A stretch of DNA of 12,661 bases from Thermoproteota archaeon (GTDB taxonomy: Archaea; Asgardarchaeota; Jordiarchaeia; Jordiarchaeales; Freyrarchaeaceae): contig JAPDJY010000063.1 in assembly GCA_029258835.1 (NCBI GenBank), positions 1 to 12,661 on the forward strand, given 5' to 3'. The notes beneath the pieces were generated by a model. That model had not been told where the DNA came from, ran no database searches, and saw only the letters and a program-made list of their open reading frames with translations. The position numbers were made by a program, and so were the translations under genes. This document shows positions 1 through 6,883 of this stretch, one piece after another (positions within the stretch are counted from its first letter, which is position 1; every line of letters starts with the position of its first letter).

Positions 1-1
1 G

Positions 2-217
2 TGGAAGGGAAGGAAAGGATGGGACTCCCTCATTTTAAAAGAGCTTGCGATATCGAGGATAGATAAACTAATCAAAAGCTCTGAGCTTTCTCTTAGAAAA
101 GTTTCTATCCATGGAGCTAGCCTTGTCATGGATTTCGATGTGATCGCAACGTGTAGCTACAGTTCAACTCTGTGCGAGGTCTTCAAGGTAGCCAAGAAGG
201 AGGGCAAGAGGTTCAGG
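2..217 (+). other. Segment of an aIF-2B/eIF-2B alpha/beta/delta family protein, fused in frame to the downstream intein
   Basis: The translation ...ELSLRKVSIHGASLVMDFDVIATCSYSSTLCEVFKVAKKEGKRFR resembles the recalled family pattern 'iGA.LI.dgDvI.ThS.SStv.evl..A...gk.F.V'. The expected continuation V.vtEsrP is missing. GC is about 43% (hand count, 1-180), against about 57% at 241-360. Confidence 0.75.
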
Positions 218-2335
218 TTAGGAGAGGTCACGCACCTCTGGAGGTACGAGCTGAATGAGGAAGACGCCTACACGATCGTAACGTCGGATGGCAACAGGCT
301 GGTGACGAGTTCATGGCATCCGTTCTTGGTCTTCGAGGGCGGGGAGGTCGTCGAGAAGAGAGCTGAGGAGCTGAAGAGAGGCGACCTGCTTATAGCGCCG
401 GATGGCTCGATCCTTAAGGATTGGCCCTTTAACGAATATCAAAAGATCGGTGGCCACTTACTCGACGAGGAATTCGGGAGGCGTTTGGGCCTCGCTTTGG
501 GAGGGGCTGGCGGATTGGCCACGGATGGGGGGCTCGTGGAGGTCGGCAGGGTCCCCGAAGCGATCTCGAAGTCCCCTCCGGGCGTGATCCTGGCCTTCCT
601 ATCCGGGTTGGCGGAGGCCAGGGGCTCTTTGAGGGATGGCAAGGCCACCTTAAATTTGGAGGACGAGGAGCTTGCTAAGGACCTATCGTCCTTGGCATCA
701 CTCTTGGGGTTAAGGGTGAGGGTAAGGGGGAGATACACGCTGACCTTCGAACTTCCTAGGAGGCTCGACGATTTACCCGACGGGCCCCATCTGGTCGAGG
801 TGGAGAGGGTAGAGAGAGGTGGCGGGACCACCTTCTACGATCTGACGGTGAGTGGGGGGAGCAACTACCTAGCGGGAGAATTCGGCCTGGCCGTGATCCA
901 CAACACCGGGTTCGACTTCTCGAAGCTGAGGCCGAAGGGCGACTACGTAAGCACGACGGGGGGCTCGGCATCGGGCCCGGTCACCTTCATGAGGATATTC
1001 GACGAATCGACCAACGTGATAAAGCAGGGAGGGAGGAGGAGGGGTGCGAACATGGGGGTCCTGAGGGTGGATCACCCCGACATAATCGACTTCATAACCG
1101 CCAAGTCGAAGGAGGGCTACCTGGACAACTTCAACCTATCGGTAGCGGTCACCGACGAGTTCATGAAAGCCGTTAAGGACGACGACAAATACCCCCTGAT
1201 AAACCCCAGGAACGGCGAGGTCGTGAAGGAGCTGAGGGCGAGGGACGTGTTCGACCTAATCGCGTTCATGGCTTGGAAGGTGGGCGATCCCGGCCTCCTC
1301 TTCATAGACGAGATAAACAGGCACAACCCGATCTTGGGGACCAGGATAGAGGCGACGAATCCGTGCGGGGAGCAACCCCTGCTCCCCTACGAATCATGCA
1401 ACCTAGGCTCGATAAACGTCTCGAAGTTCGTCCTAGAAGGCGACCTGGACTGGGAGAGGCTGAGGGAGACGGTCAGGCTCGCCGTCAGGTTCCTGGACAA
1501 CGTCATAGATGCCAACAGGTTCCCCCTGAAGATCATAGAAAAGGTTACGAAGTCGAACCGAAAGATAGGGCTCGGGGTCATGGGCTTCGCTGAGGCTCTG
1601 GCGAAGCTGGGGGTCCCTTACGACTCCGAAGAGGGGCTGAGGTGGGCGGAGAGGATCATGGGGTTCATAGAGAGGGAAGGCCATAAGGCGTCTCAAGAGC
1701 TTGGGGAGCTGAAGGGCTCCTTCCCGAACTTCCACAGGAGCGTGTGGAAGAGGAAGGGCTACAAGGCCATGAGGAACGCAACGGTAACTACGATAGCCCC
1801 GACCGGCACCATAAGCATAATAGCCGACTGCTCCTCCGGGATAGAGCCCTTCTTCTCGATAGCCTACGTCAGGAACGTGCTCGAAGGCGCTAGGCTGATC
1901 GAAGTGAACAAGGTATTCGAGGAGTATGCGAAGAAGCACGGTTTCTACTCCAGCAGGCTCATCATGGAGATAGCGAAGACCGGCAGCGTCCAGGGGTTGA
2001 AGGAGGTTCCAGATCGGATAAAGAGGATATTCAGGAACGCGCTCGAGATAGAGCCGGAGTGGCACGTGAGGATGCAGGCGGCCTTCCAGAAGTACGTTGA
2101 CAACGCCGTGTCTAAAACGGTTAACTTGCCGCATGAGGCGACACTTGAGGATGTCAGGGAGGTTTTCACCATGGCCCACCGGCTGAAGTGTAAGGGGATA
2201 ACCGTTTACCGCTACGGAAGCAAGAGGGAGCAAGTGCTCTATCTTGGGGTTACCCCCGGAGCTGAGGAGGAAAAGTACGTTGTAGCAGAATCGGAGTACT
2301 CTGGTGGGTGCCCGGCAGGAGTCTGCGTGTTTTAG
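2..2335 (+). CDS. nrdJ: Class II adenosylcobalamin-dependent ribonucleotide reductase, C-terminal portion (905-2335), preceded in frame by a partial intein and a non-RNR N-terminal segment; the frame is open to the window edge
   Basis: Motifs seen: TGFDFSKLRPKGD, SGPVTFM, QGGRRRGANM, ATNPCGEQPLL (thiyl-radical Cys), ESCNLGSIN, TIAPTGTISIIADCSSGIEP, AVSKTVNLP, KGITVYR and a C-terminal CPAGVC Cys pair. Manual translation shows no stop from base 2 to the ATG at 128. The RNR N-terminal region is absent. Confidence 0.9.
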   Translation, partial: WKGRKGWDSLILKELAISRIDKLIKSSELSLRKVSIHGASLVMDFDVIATCSYSSTLCEVFKVAKKEGKRFRLGEVTHLWRYELNEEDAYTIVTSDGNRLVTSSWHPFLVFEGGEVVEKRAEELKRGDLLIAPDGSILKDWPFNEYQKIGGHLLDEEFGRRLGLALGGAGGLATDGGLVEVGRVPEAISKSPPGVILAFLSGLAEARGSLRDGKATLNLEDEELAKDLSSLASLLGLRVRVRGRYTLTFELPRRLDDLPDGPHLVEVERVERGGGTTFYDLTVSGGSNYLAGEFGLAVIHNTGFDFSKLRPKGDYVSTTGGSASGPVTFMRIFDESTNVIKQGGRRRGANMGVLRVDHPDIIDFITAKSKEGYLDNFNLSVAVTDEFMKAVKDDDKYPLINPRNGEVVKELRARDVFDLIAFMAWKVGDPGLLFIDEINRHNPILGTRIEATNPCGEQPLLPYESCNLGSINVSKFVLEGDLDWERLRETVRLAVRFLDNVIDANRFPLKIIEKVTKSNRKIGLGVMGFAEALAKLGVPYDSEEGLRWAERIMGFIEREGHKASQELGELKGSFPNFHRSVWKRKGYKAMRNATVTTIAPTGTISIIADCSSGIEPFFSIAYVRNVLEGARLIEVNKVFEEYAKKHGFYSSRLIMEIAKTGSVQGLKEVPDRIKRIFRNALEIEPEWHVRMQAAFQKYVDNAVSKTVNLPHEATLEDVREVFTMAHRLKCKGITVYRYGSKREQVLYLGVTPGAEEEKYVVAESEYSGGCPAGVCVF
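218..904 (+). mobile_element. Intein lacking its N-terminal block A, with a degenerate LAGLIDADG endonuclease remnant, at the RNR GGG|TG insertion site
   Basis: Block B TSSWHPF (TxxH, 305-319); KRAEELKRGDLL; block F TFYDLTVSGGSNYLA; block G VIHN followed by Thr+1 (TGFDFS). LAGLIDADG-like relics LGLALGGAGG (485-514) and AFLSGLAEARG (593-625). Confidence 0.9.
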
Positions 2336-2347
2336 AGGTGTAACCCG

Positions 2348-2872
2348 TTGGCCAGGTGCTTCATCCACCTTTACACCGGAGAAGGGGAGGGGAAAACGCT
2401 AACTGCCATTGGAGCAGCCATTAGAGCCATAGGGCATGGACTCAGGGTAGTGGTCATCCAGTTCATGAAGGGGAGGAAGAAGGTTGGGGAGTACATGGTT
2501 AGGGAGAAGCTCAAGCCAGACTATGAAATATACCAGTTCGGCCGGGAGGAGTTCATAGACCTCGGTAACCCTCACCCTGTGGACTACAAGCTCGCAAAGG
2601 AAGGTTTAGAGTTCGCCCGCAGGATCTTAAGGAGGAAGAAGCCGGACGTGTTAATTCTAGACGAGGTAAACCTAGCTGTAGCCGTAGGGTTGCTTAGGGT
2701 TGAGGACGTACTTCAACTTTTAGATGAGGCGGAGGGGTGCTCCCTCATTATTCTAACGGGGAGAAGGGCTCCAAAGGAGCTGATTGAGAGAGCAGACTTG
2801 GTGACTGAGATGTGTGAGGTGAAGCATCCGCTGAGAACCGGCGTAAGCGCCAGGAAGGGAATAGACTACTAG
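2348..2872 (+). CDS. cobO: ATP:cob(I)alamin / cob(I)yrinate a,c-diamide adenosyltransferase (CobA/CobO/BtuR family)
   Basis: IHLYTGEGEGKT P-loop, RAIGHG, VIQFMKG, VLILDEVN, IILTGRRAP, ADLVTEM..VKHP, ARKGIDY. TTG start with an RBS-like GAGGTG at 2335-2340, 12 bp after the RNR stop. Confidence 0.95.
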   Translation: MARCFIHLYTGEGEGKTLTAIGAAIRAIGHGLRVVVIQFMKGRKKVGEYMVREKLKPDYEIYQFGREEFIDLGNPHPVDYKLAKEGLEFARRILRRKKPDVLILDEVNLAVAVGLLRVEDVLQLLDEAEGCSLIILTGRRAPKELIERADLVTEMCEVKHPLRTGVSARKGIDY

Positions 2873-3023
2873 CAAACGTCGAAGCTTGAGACCCCTAGGG
2901 GAAGAAGGATTTAAACGTGCCCGATGATGAGGCTCGTCCATTTCCCCTTTAGATAAATGAAAAATAAAATATGTGAGAGGTCCATGATATTGTTTTAGTG
3001 CTTACGCTCTGGAGGATTTTCTG

Positions 3024-3539
3024 ATGGGTGGCGGAGGCGTAAAGAACAGGAAAGAGTTGTTGAGGAGGTTCTTTAATAGCGTGAAGGAGGATGTAGACTT
3101 GTACAGGGTGAAGGAGCGGATAGCATTCTACCTTAAGCTTATGGATTTAAATTTTAAGTGGTCTGACGAGCATAACGCTTTCCTTGTCCCATACGAGATC
3201 TCAGGGCACACGCACATAGTCGTGGTAAGCTGGTCAGATATGTGGGTTGTGATCAGAACGGGCATAATGACTAAAGATGAAGTCCCTTCTAGGTATAGGG
3301 AGGAACTCTACAAAAAGCTTCTTCAAGCAAATCATGACTATTACGAATTTGCGTATGATATGGATGATGAAGGAAACATTGGGATAAGCGAAGACATATT
3401 CATTCCCGCACTCACGTTCGATGTGTTCTGGGAGGAGTTCAACGTCATACCCTTAGCGATAAAATACTTCTGGGAGACGATAATTCCAAGCCTAGGAGAG
3501 GCAAGAAAACCTGGGAGAACAGACTGGATATACGTTTAA
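3024..3539 (+). CDS. YbjN-like (type III secretion chaperone-fold) protein
   Basis: Pattern of helix, three strands, 'ELYKKLLQAN', 'AYDMDDEGNIGISEDI', then a C-terminal amphipathic helix, typical of YbjN/CesT-like domains. GGAGG lies upstream of the ATG. Confidence 0.7.
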   Translation: MGGGGVKNRKELLRRFFNSVKEDVDLYRVKERIAFYLKLMDLNFKWSDEHNAFLVPYEISGHTHIVVVSWSDMWVVIRTGIMTKDEVPSRYREELYKKLLQANHDYYEFAYDMDDEGNIGISEDIFIPALTFDVFWEEFNVIPLAIKYFWETIIPSLGEARKPGRTDWIYV

Positions 3540-3992
3540 CCCTCTGCTGGCTAAGCGGGTGCGCTTAGAGAGTTAACTGGGTTGAGGGTGGGTAATCGAC
3601 GCCGACGTCGGCACCAGCAGATTATGGCTTAATTGATGAGGGGTGGTTAAAGGTGAAGCTAAGCGATGATGGATGCGAAATCACCTTATGCCAAGGGGGC
3701 GGAGTACGGGTTATTCGGGGAATCCTGCTGGACAGGCTAACCCGGCGAGGTTAACCTATAAGCAAGAGCAAGTAGATGTCAAAAGTAGTTTCCCCCATGA
3801 AGGTCTGTGGAAACGTTGAAAAACAACTGTTCAGTCGGCACATTTTTACTTTTCCGTTTTCTCTCCTCTAAAACCTTCTAACTTTTTCAGGCTGCTCTAA
3901 GGAAGATTTTGGAGTGGAGGGAAGATAAGGTTCTGTTAACCAAAAAAATAAGTATGAGAAAGTGGTTTGTTTATCCGGTTGGAGGAGGGAGA

Positions 3993-5657
3993 ATGAGCGA
4001 GAGACCTTGGTTTAAGTTTTGGCCTAAGGCTTTGAGCCGTGGGCTTGACTGTCCTCGAGTCCCCTTGTACGACTTGGTTGAGACCTCCGCCAAGCGGTTC
4101 CCCGACAAGGACGCCATAATATATTATGGGACAAGGATTAAGTATGATGAGCTGTGGGGTGACGTCGAGAACTTTGCGGGGTTGCTGAGCGACCTTGGGG
4201 TTGAGAAGGGGGAGCGCGTGGCGCTCTTCGACGCGAACTCGCCTCAATGGGTTATAGCCTACTTTGGAACCTTGCGTGCGAACGCCGTAAGCGTCCCCAT
4301 AAACCCTCTCCTGAAAGCCGACGAGTTAAGGTACATACTCAATGATAGCGGGGCGAAGGTTATCGCGACGTCGTTGCCGTTTGTCTTCACGGTGGCTGAG
4401 GCGGTTAAGGACACGCAGGTGGAGAAGATAATAGTGTATAAGCACAGGGATTACATCCCAGCCGAGCCGGAGATACCAGCCCCAGACTTCCTAATGCTGG
4501 ACGCCAAGATACCAGACACGATGGTCGACTGGGGCAAGGCCATGAGCGAGGAACACTCCCCTCCGGAGGAGAAGAGTAAACACGAGGACCTCGCAATGAT
4601 CGTTTACACTTCAGGAACCACGGGGGTCCCTAAGGGGTGCATGCACCCTCACAGGACGGTCTACTTTAACGCTATAGCCTCGTCATACTGGTTTAGGACC
4701 ACAACGCAGGGAGTGAACTTGGCGGTGTTGCCGTACTTCCACGTAACCGGCCTCCAGCACTCGTTGAACGCCGCCCTCTACGCTGGGGGAACAGTTGTCC
4801 TTTTCACCAGGTGGGATAGGAGGGCGGCGCTTCAAGCAATCGAGAAGTACAGGTGCACTCACTGGGTTAGCATAGCCACGATGGTCGTAGACTTCATCAA
4901 TGACCCTGAAGTGACCAAGTTCGACCTTTCATCGCTGATCGTCGCCGGCGGGGGAGGAGCACCGATGCCTCAGGCGGTAGCTGAAAGGTTCCGTGAGCTG
5001 ACAGGGATAACATACGCTGAAGGTTACGGTTTAACGGAGACGATCTCTCAGACGCACCTGAACCCCCTCGAGAGGCCCAAGCTCCAATGCCTTGGAATTC
5101 CAGAGTTTAACACAGACTCCCTCGTAGTGGACCTTGAAACCGGAGACGTCCTCGCCCCCGGCGAGACAGGGGAGATCGTGGTTAAGGGGCCTCAAGTATT
5201 CCTAGGATACTGGAATAAGCCTAAGGAAACGGAGGAGGCGTTCATCGAGATCGACGGCGAAAAATACTTTAGAACAGGCGACGTCGGATACATGGATGAA
5301 GAAGGATACTTCTTCATGGTGGACAGGGTTAAGAGGATGATAAACAGGGCTGGATTCAAGGTTTGGCCTACCGAAGTGGAAAACATAATGTATGGCCACC
5401 CTGCGATAAAGGAGATCTGCATCGTGGGGGTGCCTGACGAGAGGGTTGTGGAGGAGGTTAAAGCGTACGTCGTACTTAAACCCGAGTACGAGGGCAAAGT
5501 TAAGCCGGAGGAGATCATTGAATGGGCTAAGGGAAAGATGGCTGCATACAAGTACCCGCGAATAGTGGAGTTCGTCAGCGACCTGCCTAAGAGCGCAACG
5601 GGGAAAGTCCTCTGGAGAGAGCTTCAAGAAAAGGAGAGGGCTGGAAAAGCAGGGTGA
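3993..5657 (+). CDS. fadD: Long-chain-fatty-acid--CoA ligase (ANL/AMP-binding family)
   Basis: YTSGTTGVPKG, AEGYGLTET, YFRTGDVG, DRVKRMINRAGFKVWPTEVE, LPKSATGKVLW. I prefer the ATG at 3993 (MSERPWFKFWP; GGAGG at 3981-3985) over the track's TTG at 3909. Confidence 0.93.
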   Translation: MSERPWFKFWPKALSRGLDCPRVPLYDLVETSAKRFPDKDAIIYYGTRIKYDELWGDVENFAGLLSDLGVEKGERVALFDANSPQWVIAYFGTLRANAVSVPINPLLKADELRYILNDSGAKVIATSLPFVFTVAEAVKDTQVEKIIVYKHRDYIPAEPEIPAPDFLMLDAKIPDTMVDWGKAMSEEHSPPEEKSKHEDLAMIVYTSGTTGVPKGCMHPHRTVYFNAIASSYWFRTTTQGVNLAVLPYFHVTGLQHSLNAALYAGGTVVLFTRWDRRAALQAIEKYRCTHWVSIATMVVDFINDPEVTKFDLSSLIVAGGGGAPMPQAVAERFRELTGITYAEGYGLTETISQTHLNPLERPKLQCLGIPEFNTDSLVVDLETGDVLAPGETGEIVVKGPQVFLGYWNKPKETEEAFIEIDGEKYFRTGDVGYMDEEGYFFMVDRVKRMINRAGFKVWPTEVENIMYGHPAIKEICIVGVPDERVVEEVKAYVVLKPEYEGKVKPEEIIEWAKGKMAAYKYPRIVEFVSDLPKSATGKVLWRELQEKERAGKAG

Positions 5658-5684
5658 CACAATCACAACCACTTAAACCTGCAC

Positions 5685-5712
5685 TTTTTCTCTTTATTTT
5701 CTACATTTTTCT
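5685..5712 (+). terminator. Probable archaeal oligo-T terminator after the acyl-CoA ligase
   Basis: Pyrimidine/T-tracts (tttttctctttattttctacatttttct) starting about 28 bp after the stop codon. Confidence 0.5.
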
Positions 5713-6412
5713 CTTATCTGCGCGTCCTGCTTGCTCTATAGGATGCTTTGCCGGTTGATTCCCCAATTTTCGTTAATTAGTTTGTTATTGTTTTAACTGA
5801 TTATTTTTAGATGGCTCTCCATCTAATTTTCTATTTTTCGAAAGCGTTTTCATTTTTTGGCTTATTTCTTGAAGGCAAATGGTAATACCGTAGTAAGGAC
5901 GAATTACCGCCATCAAACTCCCTGAACAGCTTCCATGCTTCCAGCCCTAACAACAAGAATAAGGCTGAGGGAGGAGGCTGCTTAAGACGAATACAAACGC
6001 TAAAGAGATGTCAGAAGGGGGTCTTACCGCATCCTTTAAGGAACACGCTTCCCTTGCCTTCCTGTTCTGGGAAGTATTTTTTTCTCTTGCCTTGTCATGG
6101 CCCAACCTCATTCCCGCTTGAACGTTGCCGCTCTCGCCGGGACGCTTTTGGACGGGTGATTTGAATTTGCTATGCGAGCATAATTTGCTACGCGGGTATG
6201 ATTGAGGTGATATTTGAGGGTTTTTTCGGTGATACATTTCATACTTGGTTTTCGAGTACAGGGTTTCCGTGGAGTGTCTGGAGGGAGCATTATGGTACCC
6301 GATATCCGTGTATGAGGGGGTTTTAGCGTGGGGAATCCCGCTTCTTTACTCCAATTTTGTTGGGTTAGAGATATATACTTGAAAGGCGTGTGATGGTACT
6401 CGGTGTTTGAGT

Positions 6413-6754
6413 ATGCCCATGCTTAGGGTGGTTAGGAGGCCCACGCTTATAGACCCACGCCACTTCTTGCAGTACTGTTTTAGAACCGAGGAGCAGGTTC
6501 GCCAGGCGAGGAAGATCCTTAGCGAGATAGCTAGGAGGGGTTCTGTTCCCGACAGGGAGTGGGAGTGCTTTCTGGTTTCCAGCAGGGGGCTTTACACTAA
6601 GGTTATGAGGACCTTGAGGGAGTTTGGCTTGGTTGAGAAGAGGGAGGGACACTTCACTCTTAGCAGGGAGTTCTCGGCTAGCCTCAGAAGGATGGCTGAC
6701 TACTGGGATGGTGTTTATGAAAGCGTCAAGAGGGGGGAGCCGGTCGAGTTTTGA
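6413..6754 (+). CDS. Small winged-helix-like, probably DNA-binding, hypothetical protein
   Basis: SRGLYTKVMRTLREFGLVEKREGHFTLSREF fits a recognition helix plus wing (L...GLV....yxLS). ATG at 6413 (the track uses TTG 6407). AT-rich TATA-like gatatatac at about 6370-6378. Confidence 0.7.
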   Translation: MPMLRVVRRPTLIDPRHFLQYCFRTEEQVRQARKILSEIARRGSVPDREWECFLVSSRGLYTKVMRTLREFGLVEKREGHFTLSREFSASLRRMADYWDGVYESVKRGEPVEF

Positions 6755-6883
6755 TTCCTTCAAGTGCCTTCAAGGTGATACCTCCATTACCTTTCAATGC
6801 CTTCGAAAAATAGAACGCGTTTCTTGAAAAATGAAAAATGAAGGTTGATGGCAGATGCATCCTTGGTTTAAAAAGTAAACTGA

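Noticed and set aside
128-160. ATG at 128 as the RNR start, or the Cys in IAT|CSYSST as intein Cys1
   Set aside because: The frame is open upstream of 128, the flank is not the RNR GGG N-extein, and TCSYSST fits the eIF-2B T(h)S.SS motif better.
402-2368. Overlapping alternative and antisense ORFs, including the 311-aa minus-strand ORF 1433-2368
   Set aside because: Shadow frames of a GC-rich, well-supported gene, with no recognisable motifs.
2920-3025. C/D-box sRNA suggested by ATGATGA at about 2924, and a similar case near 3632
   Set aside because: No CTGA D box at the 50-60 nt spacing expected for archaeal sRNAs.
3909-3992. N-terminal extension of the acyl-CoA ligase from TTG 3909
   Set aside because: A better start exists at 3993, with an RBS and a family-typical N-terminus.
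5947-6290. Minus-strand ORFs of 96 and 60 aa
   Set aside because: No motif, RBS or protein-like composition supports them.
5680-6360. Replication origin (AT-rich tract plus ORB-like tttccgtggag at about 6264)
   Set aside because: Only one poor ORB-like match, no repeated ORBs and no cdc6/orc1 gene in the window.
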